NCBI GenBank assembly: GCA_051362555.1 | Contig: CM120649.1 | Coordinates: forward strand, 5,022,001 to 5,086,000 | Reading direction: 5' to 3' | Source: Lingula anatina | Taxonomy: Eukaryota; Animalia; Brachiopoda | DNA length: 64,000 bases | Shown here: piece by piece, positions 49,935-64,000 of the stretch | Numbering within the stretch: the stretch's first letter is position 1 | Layout of the letters: each line of letters begins with the position of its first letter | Program-made: the position numbers and the translations under genes | Notes under the pieces: generated by a model | Told to the model about the DNA's origin: nothing | Databases searched by the model: none | What the model saw: only the letters and a program-made list of their open reading frames with translations

Positions 49935-52900
49935 CCCGAAGTTGGATATAGAAGAATAACTTAGTTCATTGAAATATCACTCTCTCTCATTTCTTTGTTT
50001 ATCATACATAATGTGTAAGAAATATGCTCACTTTACAGGAATCAAGCGCATTCATTTTGTCTAAATTTATGTACATATTTAGAAATTTGTTTTGGTATGG
50101 GACAGAATTGCCTAGATTCTGGTGGTGAGCCATTAATCAATTAGTTGATTACTAAATAAATGTATAAATCAATGATAATTAAGAATTGAGCTTATTAATC
50201 GTCTAATTAAAATAATTTCAAGTAATGTATTTATTTATATATTTATTTCAAGCCTAAAGGAAACCTGCCACGTAAGGAGTTTTGGTTCCCCTTCAGTGAA
50301 CTCTTAGTTAGCTTCGTAGACTCGGATAAGTTGTTTAAAGATCTGGGCAAGAAGAGACCCATGGCAAGGTTCCGCAATGGATTTGATGGCCCCGATGATT
50401 TTATCCTGACCACCCACAAGGCCATCCATGAAGCTTTCATCAAGAAGGGGCATTTATTCACTGACAGACCTACCAAGTTTATTTGGACCGAGTGGTCTAC
50501 GCAAAATGGTGAGTTAAATTTTTAGAATCCAAAGCTTTTGGAGAAATAAATTTGTCAAGCTTTAATCAGTAATTAGGGTAGTCTATTGATTCGATAATGA
50601 CAACCGTGTGCAGTGAGTTATAAACGATAATTAGCAGTTTCAGAAGGCGTGACAGACATCTAAGCCTCTTAAGTTGATTGCAGTTCAGCGAGAATCCCCT
50701 CGGAGATAGATCGATTCACAGTTTGTACGATATGGTCAGGGAATGGTCCCTTAGACCCAAAACATGGATAGAAAGTCAAAGGTGTGGTTGCTCTGTAACA
50801 TTTGTTTTATGATTTATCATTCAGTCCGCAGCAAGCGTATTTATCATGTGATGTATGTAAAAAATAAATGGATTCTCTGTCAAACTGTCTATCCTGTCTG
50901 ACACAGGTATGGTCCACGGCTTATTAAACTCCTGGGGTGATCTGTGGAAACAACAGCGGAGATATACCCTGATGACTTTACGTGACTTTGGACTGGGGAA
51001 GACCTCCATCGCGGAGGCGATCCAAGAAGAGATAGGATATCTTGTTGACGAGTTCCAGAAATTTGAAGGCAAGGCCGTAGATCCGCAGCAGCTTTTGATG
51101 CCTGCCATATCCAATGTAACAAACTTCCTACTGTTTGGAGAAAGGTGAGATTCACAAACCACACCCGGATCTGCACTGGTTTAAACCTTTCTACTTTCCA
51201 AAGATGAGACTATTGATATGGACCATTGGTCGATCATCGTGTCGTGCAAATCCAGTTGATAACCCCTTCTTCTCCAGCTACCCCCCTTAAATGATCCAAA
51301 TGGGCAGAAAATAACTGCAAATTATAAAAAAATAATTATTCACATTTGGGTCACAGAAAATGATATTCCCCACCAAGATTGGGAATTTATTTTAGGAATT
51401 ACTAGTCAAGACAATAACATAAAAAAAGTAGCTGAGATAACTGTTTCATGCCATCTGCCTTTGTGGGATATGGAAGTTTTGTTTAAGTATATCTACAATG
51501 CGCTTAACTGTATCAAATTAGTTAAGTCATTTTAATTCTAACCACTACTGAGAAATTATTTATAGTGCATATCATTGTATATATATATATATATATTTTT
51601 TCGATTTTCAGGTTTCAATATGATGATCCAAAGTTCCAGCAGATTATGAAGAATTTGATGGGACAATTCCAGTACTTCTTGTATGAAGTATCATTTTATT
51701 ATAATTATTAATGATGGTCAGTTAATTAAATTTTAGATGATCTGTTTTCCAGAACATTAGTTCAGTTGTTCTTGGTGAGATTCTGGACGATAGCAAATAT
51801 AATCTGGTGGCATCATGTCGTCTTTCTTCCTTTAAAATAGGATGTGACTTGGATTACGCCCTACTCACAATTACAAGCAAACATCTGTATTGAATTTATT
51901 ACATCAGAGGAAAAGATGGAAAAAAATCTTAAAGTCATAATAACTCTTCGTTTTGGCCAAAAATTGGATTTTCCTGGAAAAAACGGCAATTTTCCCGTAC
52001 TTACCAATGGCCAACGACCCCATTCCTGCATTCAAAGTTAATCCAAGGTTTTTTTCCTAAACGTACGGTTTTTTGTTAAAATCTCTTAAGAGATTTTAAC
52101 TGACGGAGCTCTCTCTGACATTGCAAAGTCACTGGTGACCTACTTAAAACCGCGGGAAAAGCAGACAACAACAACACTATATAAGATTCATGAGATATAT
52201 TCGTGTTTTTGTTAAAAATGCATTTATATCCACAATGTGTGCCATTCTGGGCTTTTCGTTATCCGACGCACTGTACAAAAACTCGCAACTTACGTCTGAG
52301 GGTTTCCCGCCATGTTATTTTGGTCTCGAATGAACGCGAGAATCCGCATGACATCATTACGTCATTAGCAACGAATGCACTTGTCGACCGGAAAAAAGGG
52401 ATCGAAAGCCCTATTGACAAGCACAGATTTTAGTTTTCCTACAATAACGGCCGTTTTAGTGGTAAAATACAATAGAATATATTTCCATGCGTTGTTTACA
52501 ATGTATTTCATGCGGATTTTTGAATCTCAAAGGAAGAGTTATTATTGCTTTAAGTAATCAAGAGTGTTGTTAATCTAAAATCAAACGAGGTTTTGCCAAA
52601 TTGGAGGAGAGTGGGTCAGAAATAATGGTATGAAATGGCGGAAGCAGTATGGCAACGAATAAAAGTTGACAGAATTTACCCGCGCACGGGAATTTGCCAT
52701 CTTTTTTTATGTAAATTATAAAAAATTACAGATTTCACCATTTCTAGGTGTTGGATTTGTATTGCTTTTAAAGACGACATAACCCGTGCCTAAGTGTTTT
52801 TTATTTTATTTTATTTTATTTTTTTTTTTTGCAATTTGTGCTTAATTGTTTATCAGATTGGTCAGGGTCTCACGCATTTTCGAGTCTCGCATGACGTGAA

Positions 52901-53444
52901 GTATTGCCGGATACCTCGTTTTGGGCTATCTTGGGCGGTTTCCATGAGTTGTGCGAGCATTCATCATATTTGACAGAATTCTTTTGCTACATTTCAGGCT
53001 GGCACAAAATGCTGTTGTGTATCCATTTTTAAGATATATCCCTGGAGATCCTTTTAAATTTCACTACACTTTTAAATGCATGGGAACTACACGAAAATTC
53101 CTCGAAGAGAGAATCGAGAGACATGTGGCAGAATACGACCCGGACAACATAAAATGCTTCACAGATGCCTACATCAAAGCTATAAAGGGTGAAAAAGACA
53201 AAGAGGGAACCTATTTCACAGGTAAAAAAAAAAAACAGGAGGGGGATAATAATAATAATAGATAATAATAGTGTTTTGATATCTTCTTTTCCGTTGACAC
53301 ACTACTTGGAAAGTACAAATTGCGAGAATAGAGGCCTCGCCCTGGCTCCATTATGCTTTCCCTATATTCAAGGGAATATTTATGTTTCGGGGAGCGTTTA
53401 TTCTAATCTTTTTCTTCTGATTTAAAATCTTTTGATAAAATACT

Positions 53445-53494
<50 letters not shown>

Positions 53495-54256
53495 GTCTTA
53501 ATGCTTTTATATGATTTATTACAGACTTTCAACTGTTGACGTCAGTTGAAGAGTTGTTTTTTGCTGGCACTGACACCACAGTGACCACTCTCAGATGGGG
53601 ACTGCTCTTATTGATTCTGAATCCAGACGTGCAGAAAAAGGTTAAACTAGTTAAAATTATACGAGATTTTTAAATCAAATGTACATTTTCTCGTGAAAAA
53701 ATTAAAATAGTACATGCCCTACTGATGAATCATTGTCCATCCCTCCCTGTGCTTGGCTGTGACGTTTTGCAACATTTTTTTAAAAATTAAATTACTTAGT
53801 ATTAATGAGACATTCATTTAATGATGTTCCAGAAAGAAATGATGACATCAGTTACTTTTGATTGATTGGTTTTATTTCTTAATGTCTGAATTGCGAAATG
53901 TCAGAAGTTTTGCTCGGCCTTCAGACATAGAAATACATGTGTATGACTTTGGGGCATTTCCGATACTATAAAAAATACAACATTGCTTTTACGAATTACT
54001 TCTAATTTGATGGGCTTCCTCTTGAACGCAGTCCATTTAGTTTCACTATTATTTAACCTTTTCTTCTGAAGGTTCACGATGAACTTGACAGTGTGATAGG
54101 TTCCCGCCGTGTCTCCATGGAGGACCGTGCCTCCTTGCCCTATACGGAGGCCACACTGCTGGAAATACAGCGCTTTGGGTGCATCGTTCCTGTTGCAGGA
54201 CACAAAAACACGGAGGATGTGGAGATTTCGGTATGGAAACATTGTGAATAGCCACA

Positions 54257-54294
<38 letters not shown>

Positions 54295-55711
54295 ATATAT
54301 AGTAAATGAAATGTTATTTTCCCTAAGAACTTTGCCTAAAAGCTTATATATGTATTATTTTGAGAAAAAAATATTTTAATTGTTGAACAAAAATGTTCAT
54401 TAGCTCGGTACTTGGATCATAAATGAAAATTCTCACACACAAGCCGAAAATATTTTCATACCGTTAGCTGACATTTACAAGAAGGTCCTGGCCGCTGTAC
54501 CACCCAGCAGTCAGTGACTGTCAATATCTACTCACATCAGTCTGATGAAAGCCTTCGCCAAGGTTGGCCGTAAGCTAACGGTATGAAAATATTTCGGCTT
54601 GTGTTTTAGAATTTTCATTTATTTTAATTGTTATTGTCACCTGTTCATTGTCACCAATTCCTCTTTCTCAGGGCTATACCATCCCCGCAGGTTCCACCGT
54701 AGCTGCAGGTTTTATATGTGTCTTTTTTGATGAGGAGTTTTGGACCAAACCAGAACAGTTTGACCCAGCAAGGTTTTTGGACGAAAGTGGAAAGTTGGGG
54801 AAAATCCCAGATTGCTTGACACCATTCTCTCTTGGTAGGTGCTTCATTTGATTCAGTATCTTTCAAACAATAAATGGTCCGCACGAAACATCCCTGTGTA
54901 CATGTAAGTAAGCTCAGTCACAACTTCGATTTCTCTGCGTATGGCCGATTCTTGTTGTTGAATCTGAAACACAGGTTCTCACATCCTGATGACTAAATTG
55001 ACTTGTGCAAGACATCGTGTTCAGCAACTGGTGCACTTGCTGGTGTAACAGGAATTGAAGTCTTCTAAGAACCGTAGCCCGCTACCCATTGATTTGTACA
55101 GGTGGCATTCGTCCTATATACTAACCCCAGTACTCCAACAAACCCTTACTTGTACTTATCATATTGGAGCCCTGACTTCCATCCCTAGGACTTTTATTCC
55201 GGCCTAATAAATTGTTCGCTTAATAAGGCTTTCCCTACACAATCATTTTTCCTTGGTATTAACAACGGTTATCGTTCCGAATTTTGTATACACTTAAAGA
55301 ATTTTTGCGGGACAGAATGAACACCGTTTTGGATTTATAATGGAAATTCCCTAAAGCCCCTTCTATTTAATCCTAACCAATTTTCATCTTGCCGCCGTCA
55401 TAATTCTTTTCTTTATTTTTATAAAAATTAAATTTTTCATTTATGACGCACAGCAACTTTTAACGACTGTCTTGTTATATGTATATTTACTTTTCATGTA
55501 CGGTTTAAGTTTTATCCCTTTTCTTTCAGGACGCCGTGTTTGCCTCGGGGAGTCCCTTGCAAAGATGGAACTGTTTCTGTTCTTCACCAACTTGCTTCAG
55601 CAGTTCTCGTTTACAATACCCTCTAGGGAAGAGAGCCCTAGCCTCAAGTCCCGGTGGTCCCTCGTGCGGTCTCCACTTCCTTTCAAGGTCGAAGTGCACA
55701 GGAGGCGATGA
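49773..55711 (+). CDS. cytochrome P450, clan 2 (CYP2-like), copy A, ~500 aa
   Basis: Exons 49773-49868, 50253-50508, 50907-51144, 51612-~51680, 52998-53221, 53525-53640, 54072-54230, 54672-54834, 55530-55711. N-terminal anchor, [40 protein letters not shown]. Exon 4 donor ambiguous by 9 nt. Confidence 0.93.
54420..54621. mobile_element. hairpin MITE with ~50-bp arms in CYP copy A intron 7
   Basis: taaatgaaaattct..caagccgaaaatattttcataccgttagct is inverted at 54573-54621. Absent from the paralogous intron of copy B. Confidence 0.75.
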
Positions 55712-57026
55712 TGTGCGGGAACTTGCTAGTGCTCTTAAAGGAACAAAAACAAAACCATAATCATAAGCTACACAGTAATGAAGTTATAACTATGGTAAAG
55801 CTTTATGATTGGCATCACTTCATTTTATCAACTGATGTTAATTTGAAAAAAAAATCTTGATAGATGTTTTGAATTCATATAACAGGGTCATAGGCTGTGA
55901 CTATGGTTTGGGCCAAGTGCTGAAGGCCTACAATATATATCTATGCAAATTTTGTACCGTATGTAATGCTGGTATAGATTGATGGGAAGTAAGAGACTTC
56001 TGCAGGACCAAGAGAATGGAAAAAGCTCGCGCTTTGTTAAGATCACCAAATAATTTCTTTTTCACAATATGTGTGTGTGTGTTTTAATGTTTTTTTTTTT
56101 ATACAATGTACACGTCAACCTTGCCATCCATTTGAAGCAAAGCAACATTAATTCAATGTATGTTTTTTCAAAACCACATTGAAATAAAGCAAAAACCCCT
56201 CCTCCATGTTCTCCGAGTTTATTTAACGGGTTAATCCAGTCGTGGACATCCTGAATTTCTGAAGACAATAAAAATTTTGCTCTACTCTCGGCATGTCTCT
56301 GGCACAGTAGAGGTGAATTTCTGCTTTCCTCTGAAACCCAGAAGGGGTGGGGGGTGGGGGGTGGGGGGCTAGATGGCCTTTTAGAGCAATGGGGGGTGGG
56401 CCGGGGCACTTCCCTAACCACTTTTCAATATATCTTTTACTACCGCCCTACTTTTATTCTGCCCCAGACCGTTCCACGTTTTTTTTAAATAAAAAACAAC
56501 AGATCAGCAAATCAACGATGGGATTTTACACTGATGGCGAATTATTTCCAGTTAAACTAGAATTTAATGCCCTCAGAGAATGGAGACCTTCACCAAGGCA
56601 GTCCACTTTTCATTATTGTTAATAATTTATCGATTACTTAATCAATTAACTTAATTTTCTCTATGACTAAAATTAATTAATTACCTCAATCCTCATTATC
56701 AATTTATCAATTGATGTTTGAAATTCGATGGTCTTTTGTAGGATTTATTAAAGTTTTTCTGGGTTCTGTTTTTCCTTTTTGGAGGATCAACCCTGTAGTA
56801 GACCTAACAATGTATTTAATTCACCAAAATCCTGCTGGTGGGTGGCCTCCACAGACTTCTCCACGCTTGAAGATTTTGTGCCACTCGTGTCCATGCATGT
56901 TTTTGATACCCTGAAAATAATCTTTATTGTTAGAGGTGGAATTGACATTGAAGAATTTAAATGAATGGGTTTATAGCTGTGATGAGGGCAATTTTCTATT
57001 AGATGTTGTAAAGCTTTTATTGCCCT

Positions 57027-57330
57027 GGGCTGCTGGATGGCCTTGTGGTCAGTGTCTCCGCCTCCGGAGCGGGAGGACGTACGTAGGTTCGACCCCTTAG
57101 GAGGACATACCAGTCCTTCATAAACAGTACCTGCTGTCTCCCCGCTTGGCACTCGGCACCTGGGGTTTGAAAAAGGGGTAAATTTCCTGGTCTGGTAGCA
57201 AAATATATTGTTCGTTTGTTAGCTTTGGGCGGTTCATACGGCAGCCTTGCTGTACCCTACCCAGGGAGGCGAGAGCGTCAACACCCAGCCTTCCTCTTGG
57301 TATCACACATATTATGGTAGTAAAACCCCC
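57027..57330 (+). mobile_element. tRNA-derived SINE, probably with a Meta-type core
   Basis: A box tggccttgtgg, B box ggttcgacccc, then agtacctgctgtctcccgcttggcactcggca resembling the MetaSINE central domain (from recall, not searched). Confidence 0.6.
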
Positions 57331-58256
57331 TTTTTCCAACATATTGGGTTGTGTTTTATTGACTACGAGATTTAAAAATAGACCTGACCTACTTAATATC
57401 TCGATACTTTCCCTTGACAAGGCAGCTGGACTAAAGACGAATAACAGACGAGACATCGACGGCAGGTCGGTATAAAAACAATGTTTTATATGCTTTGCAG
57501 CCGGCTTAAGATGCAACATGAACTGGGGCATATATATAGGGTACAGAGCTATGTCTAGTCCACGGCCTTTAAATTTTATAAGACAGTTAGTACAAAATGT
57601 AGCCGTCAAGGTCGATTTCAAGATGTCGGAGATTTTGCCCACATCGTCAGTATTCCTTCCGAGTCAGGTCATCGGGGGTGAACTGATAATGCTGGGTGCA
57701 GCTTCATGCTGCAATAGTCCACCAAACGCCAGGCGCGTATAGCAGACTTACAGCTGGGGAGGGTAGGAGGGATGAAGCGCCCATCTGGCCTGAAAAGGAC
57801 TTAAATCTCGACCATCTAGTCTATTAGGCGCTTAGGAAGCGAACAGCAAAGCCCGAGCACTGACTGAATAGATATTCGATTATCTAGCTTCTATGCTATT
57901 TTTGAAGTTGGGTCAACTAATGGCGGTTCAATTGCTCACTACAGTCCTTGAATGGGAACAATTGGACGTAACCGTAATCAGTGGTGTTGGGGGAGGGGGG
58001 ATGGAGGTAGGCTTGAGGTAAACCATTAAGCGATTTTCCTTACTCCCTCCCAACCTCCACCCCATCGTGCTTAGGTTTAGACTGTAAGCGGCGCGGCTAA
58101 CGGTTGCTTGTTGCTGTATTCTCTTTTTTCTTCCGTGTTCGTTTTCAAACTGAAACAGTCTGTCTGCACGTGTGTCAAAATTACCTGGCTTGTTAACGTT
58201 TTTTATAAAGCTGTACGATTTTAACAACGTGAATACATTTGCTATACCTTTTACAG

Positions 58257-61200
58257 ATGATGGGACTAATGGATATCTCCCAAACCACCTCGGTGCTGGT
58301 GGTGTTCATCATCACGTTCTTCGTGGTGTGGTTATGGAGAAGAAGAGAGAAGGTAGGATGTTAACTGAATTCAAACAGTGAGAGAGAGAGATGGAGAGCT
58401 CTACCAGTATTGGATATAGATTAATTATTAATTATTGACTTTTTTCCGTTCGGTTAAGTTATTAAAATATCACTCCGTCTCTCTTTCTTTGTTTATAATA
58501 TGTACATATATCTTTAAAAGAGTATCAAATATGAATCATTAGAATTATCTTTACTGCGAATGGATCACTTATGTGAAGGCTTCATTGAAAATATTTAGGA
58601 TTTTGGCAATTTGATTTGGGTTCTTTCTTTATGCTTAAAGTTACGTACGGACTTGAAATGTTTAGGATATGTCAAAATAAGCTAGATTTTGGTGGTGATT
58701 CATTGATAATTAGTTGATTCGAAAATAAATTAATTGGTTAATGATTAAGAAGTAATGATAACTGTCATTAAGCTTATTAATCATTAAATTTACGATTCAT
58801 TTTATTGAGTATAATCAGTATTGAGTATAATTAGTGAATTAATAGATAATTAATAATGGCAATTGGGCTGCCTTTTCGGTGGTATGCGCTCTCTGAGTGC
58901 ATTAGTGCATTTCTATTAATAAATTAATTCATTTACTTATTTATGTATTTATTTTCAAGCCTAAATGGAACATGCCACGCAAGCAATTCTGGATCCCCTT
59001 CAGTGAACTCCTGGGTAGTTTCGCGGACACGGATAGTTTGTTAAAGAAAATAGGTGGCAACCAACCTATCACAAGGTTCCAAAACGGATTCACTGGGCCT
59101 GAAAACTTTCTTCTGACCACCTACAAGGGCATCCATGAAGCTTTCATCAAGAATGGGCATTTATTAACCGGCAGGCCTACCAAATTCTTTTGGACGGAAT
59201 GGAACACGCATCCAGGTAAGTTTAATGTGTAGAACCCAAAGGTGCGTTTGGACAATTAATTTTGTCAAGCTGGAATCAGTTATGGGTGGTCTTTTGATTC
59301 AATAATGACAATGAGTTTTAAGGCTGATGGTGATTGGCAAGGGATGCTTCCTACAAGTTTTTCCTCGGTTTCTTTATCTGGAAAAAAATTATCTTTCCTA
59401 AATCCAATGGTGAACACCGATACATGCCATAGAAACCCAGAGGTGTGATTGCTATGTAATCTTTGTTTGAATATATCATTCCAGAACAAGTATATAAATC
59501 AAAGTTAAGGTTCTCTGTCAAAGCCATTGCAAACTATGACCAAACCTTCTATCCTATCAGACACAGGTGTTGTACATGGTATCTTCAACTCTTGGGGAGA
59601 TCTGTGGAAACAACAGCGGAGATTTGCCCTGATGACTTTACGCGACTTTGGACTGGGGAAGACCTCCATCTCGGAAATGATCCAGGAAGAGATGGGATAT
59701 CTTGTCGATGAGTTCCAGAAATTTGAAGGCAAAGCTGTGGATCCTCGGAACCTTTTGATGCCTGCCATATCCAATGTTACCAATTCCCTAGTGTTTGGGG
59801 AAAGGTGAGAGTTACAAACCATATCCAGTTCGCTCTGCATTGATTGAAACCTTTTTACATGTACCAGTTGCAGGGATGAGACCATTTGGATCTCGCGCCC
59901 CCACCCCCTTCTCCTGTAAACCCCCCTGAAATTATCCAATGTGTAGAAAATAACTTCAAATGATAAGAAATGGATATTTCATTCATTTTTATGCCCCAGA
60001 ATGTGACATTCCCTATCAAGGTCGGAAATATAATTTAAGAATTATTGTGTGTGTACTGGTAATTCACGTTACGTTAATAACATATAAAAGAAAGCTGTGT
60101 ATAACTGTTTTATGGCATCTGCCTTTTTGAGACTTGGAAATTATATCTTGATAATAATAATTTAATTTTAATTACGATCAAATGTACCATATTAGTTCAG
60201 CCCAAATAACAAGACTGTTGGGTATAAGCATTGAGAGTTAATGCTCGGACAGTATTTATAGTGAATATGTCATTGTATGTTTTCCATTTTCAGATTTCAA
60301 TATGATGATCCAAAGTTCCAGCAGATCATGAAGAATATGATGGACCAATTCAAGTATTTCTTGTACGAAGTATCAGTTTGTTGTACTTATTAGTGATGCT
60401 CAGCTGAATATTTGTATTTTAGATTATTTGCTGTCTAGCTTATTGACTGTAGCTGTTATTGATAATACTTGGATATGTCAATATAATCTCGTGGTATGAT
60501 ATCAACCTTCCTTTTTAAAAAGTTTGTGGAGATGGTTGACTCTAACCTGCATCAATTCATAGGTCTTTAATTTATTATATCACAGGAAATGATGTTTTTG
60601 AAAATAATCTGGAAAAAAAACAGTCTCGTGACTGAAAATTAATCGGGGTTTTGATGAATTTAGAATAGCAGCAAGGCAAAGAATAGCAACTAAGAGAATT
60701 TTTCCACTGGTATTTTTGTTCGTTTCTTTTCTCTTCTTAGTTATAAAGAATTGTAGTATTTTTCCTCAACAATACGCATTCACCATTGTTAAGCGTGTTA
60801 CATTTGTATTGCTTTTTAATACGAAATTCCCGCCCCATGGGGCTTTTGCGATTTTGGCTAACATTTTATTCTGGTATGATGTCATGCAGTGTCGGAGGGT
60901 TATCTTAGATGAGTTCCATGAATTTTGCCACTACCTATCAACCATCATAGGTTACAGACCTATTTTGCTTTATTTCAGACTGGCACAAAATGCAGTTGTG
61001 TATCCATTTTTAAGATACATCCCTGGAGATCCTTTTAAACTTCACTACACTTTTAAACACATGGGGATTTCACGGAAGTTTCTCCAAGAAAGAATCCAGA
61101 AACATATGGCAGAATACGACCCGGACAACATACAGTGCTTCACGGATGCCTACATCAAGGCTTTGAAGGCTGAGAAAGACAAAGAGGGAACGTATTTCAC

Positions 61201-63358
61201 TGGTAAGAAGAAGAAAGGGAATAATGAATGCCTCTTAGTGTTTTGATATCTTCCTTATCTTTGACACACAAGTCTTAAAAACTTAAAAGTGCTAGCATGT
61301 ACCAGTAGTCTTTTATTTTGGGGACAAAAACGTCGACTTTTATTTTAAGTTAAGCTTACCCTGAAGAGGCCCAGTTGATCTTAAAGGTCTTTTAAAACAT
61401 AAGTGTTTTTTTTTTACCTTTATACTAGTATATATGCCCACGGTAGGAATTTTTAAATTTTCATAAATATTTATATATTTAATTTGGTTTATGACAGAAT
61501 TCCAACTATTGACAACGGTGGAAGAATTATTTTTTGCGGGCATGGACACTACGGTAGCCACTCTCAGATGGGCACTGCTGTTATTGATTCTGTATCCGGA
61601 CTTGCAGAAAAAGGTAATGCCAATTAAAGGTATTATATTTGAGATATTCAAGCCAAATCTATTTTCTATTGCAATAAATAAAATTGTCATACTTGCGAAT
61701 CACTGATCAACTCGTCCCTTGGACAAGTTGGTTTGGAATATTTTATTTTAAAAATAGCTTAGTAATCCATTAAGTGATCCATTAAAGGCGCCATGCTCTC
61801 CTGTGGTCCCAGAAAGAAATGTTGCCATCAGGAGCTTTTGATGAATGGGTATTTTTAATTTTCATCGTTTAATGTCTGAATTACAAATGTGAGTTGTTTT
61901 GCTGGATTTTTAGACACTGAAATTTGGCTTTGGACATTTTCAAACGTGTATTAAAGAAAATGCCTCGTTTTTGCGAATTACTTCAAATTTAATAGTCTCC
62001 CTCTTAATGGCAGTTAGTTTAGTTTGAAATTAATATTAAATACATTTTATTACACCCTTTTCTTCTGAAGGTTCACGATGAACTTGACAGTGTGATAGGG
62101 TCCCGTCGTGTCTCCATGGAGGACCGAGCCTCCTTGCCCTATACGGAGGCAACACTGCTGGAGATACAGCGCTTTGGGTGTATCGTCCCCATTGTGGGCC
62201 ATTGTACCACCGACGATGTGGAGATATTGGTATGGCAGCACTGTATATATATATATTGAAAATATTCTTTTCAAAAATATTGCTCAAAGGTTTAATGGAT
62301 TTAAATAATACTTTGAGTACTATATATTGTTATTGTGACTGGTTCAATGTCACCAATTCTCTTTTTCCAGGGCTATACCCTCCCCGCAGGCTCAACCGTA
62401 ACTGCATGTTTTGTATCTGTCTTTTTTGATGAGGAGATTTGGAACAACCCAGATAAGTTTGACCCAGCAAGATTTTTGGACGAAAATGGAAAGTTGGGGA
62501 AAATTCCAGATTGCCTGACACCATTCTCTCTTGGTAGGTGTTTCGTTTGATTCAGTCTTGATTCAAACTATAAATGTTCTGCACGAAACATTTCTGTACA
62601 CATATGTAAGTAAGCTCAGTCACAAATTCTATTTCCTCTCACCAATATCTGCCCATATCCGAGTCCAGTTGTCGATTCTGCCCCACAGGTTCTTAGATCC
62701 AGATGAAACACTAAATGACTTGTGTCTGTGTTACGAAATTGAGGGTCCGTGTAACAGAAAGTCCGCCCTCCATTTAGTTATAATGGTTAGGGTTAGCCTC
62801 TGTCTCGTTACAACGGGGTCCCATATGATTCGTACAGGTTAGGGTTAGTCGTTTATTGGGGTTAGTATATGGGGCGAATGTCACCTGTACAAAGTAATGG
62901 GGAACGGACTTCGGTTCATAGAGGACTACCACTTTTGTCACATCAGCAATGACGAGACTAAAGGGGAGAAATAAAATGAAATTTTAAGCAATTTATGATG
63001 TCAGATTAGGATTTTCTGTAAACCATAAAAAAGATATTTGCCTCCGTCATCATTTTCCCTTTATTATATTTATTTTATGACTCACAGAAACATTAACGAC
63101 TGTCTTAAATGTTCTCGTAAAATGTTTTTTTTTTTTTTTTTACTTTTTTGTGCTCTATTATTCGTCTTCCTTACAGGCCGCCGTGTGTGTCTGGGGGAGT
63201 CCCTTGCAAAGATGGAACTGTTCCTGTTCTTCACCAACTTGCTTCAGCAATTCTCATTTACGATACCCGCCGGGGAAGAGAAACCGAGCCTCAAGTCCCA
63301 GTGGTCAATCGTGCGGTCTCCACGACCTTTTAGGGTCGAAGTGCACAAGAGGCGCTGA
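58257..63358 (+). CDS. cytochrome P450, clan 2 (CYP2-like), copy B, ~500 aa
   Basis: Exons 58257-58352, 58960-59215, 59567-59804, 60294-~60362, 60979-61202, 61498-61613, 62071-62229, 62371-62533, 63177-63358. Same exon sizes as copy A; AGMDTT, EIQR, FSLGRRVCLG. Confidence 0.93.
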
Positions 63359-64000
63359 TGCGCGGGAACTTGTCTGTGCATGTCGATGAATAGGAGTTAT
63401 CCCAAAAGTTAATCTTAAGCTGTGCAGAATATTCAAATGTAATTATGTCCACACTATATGCTTGGCATCACGCACGAATTCCTTTTATGCTAGATTCGCC
63501 ACTTTTATATTAAAAAGTCACAGAACGTTTACCTTTATTAACACTAGGTTTTAACGTAGGCCTTATGATGAATACGTAAGACGGCAATAAGCCTTAAGCA
63601 GGTGTTCTGAAGCCATAAAATAGGGTCGTAGGCTGAATTATGTTTGTGGAAACCCGCTAAAACCTATAATATAAACATAACACAACTGCAATTTATTTGC
63701 TCCGCCTGTGAAACTCTTGAAGAATGAAGAAAATGTAAGACACTTCTGCTGTGCTGGGAGAAAGGAAATTACTTACACTTTGTTAATTCCCGTCAAACAA
63801 AAATTTCTTTTCCAAATAATTTAAGGGAGAAAGAGGACCCCCCCCTGTTGAAGCTTATGAACATGAGTTCTAGATAGAGGTGTAATATTTTTTATATTTC
63901 TTTTCATTAATCACTTGCCATAATAAGGCTATTGGTATAGCAGTAAGTGATGTATCTTGCCTGATTATATCTTGCCAAAACGCCATGTATGTTCTTTATG

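Noticed and set aside
56062-58227. ORFs of 60-174 aa between the two P450 genes
   Set aside because: They overlap a SINE and the duplicated P450 upstream region and show no protein motifs.
50821-59939. Minus-strand ORFs at 50821-51162 and 59505-59939
   Set aside because: Antisense shadows of P450 exon 3 in each copy.

Overview
AT-rich, intron-containing animal (invertebrate) genomic DNA, not prokaryotic. Four protein-coding genes can be reconstructed from splice sites and reading phase. (1) The 5' part of a NOX5-type EF-hand NADPH oxidase (minus strand, runs off the left edge). (2) A plus-strand gene (23393-42548) encoding an N-terminal cap, 12 ankyrin repeats each on its own phase-0 exon of about 99 nt, a death-like domain, a TIR domain and a coiled coil. 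(3-4) A tandem pair of 9-exon clan-2 cytochrome P450 genes. Between NOX5 and the ankyrin gene lie a tRNA-Asp gene, a decayed copy of it, and a 4 x ~1.5 kb tandem array rich in NF-kB, IRF-like, CRE and YY1 motifs. Introns and intergenic DNA carry many transposon relics (LINE fragments, a dead Tc1, Harbinger/CMC/TA-type MITEs, Helentron-associated elements, a tRNA-derived SINE). The most interesting candidate system is the ankyrin-death-TIR gene. Its in-frame cassette exons vary mainly at the ankyrin binding-surface positions, and intron 1 holds an inverted copy of a segment found upstream of most cassettes, resembling a Dscam-type docking site/selector arrangement. All gene models and alignments were made by eye and none of the functional inferences is tested.
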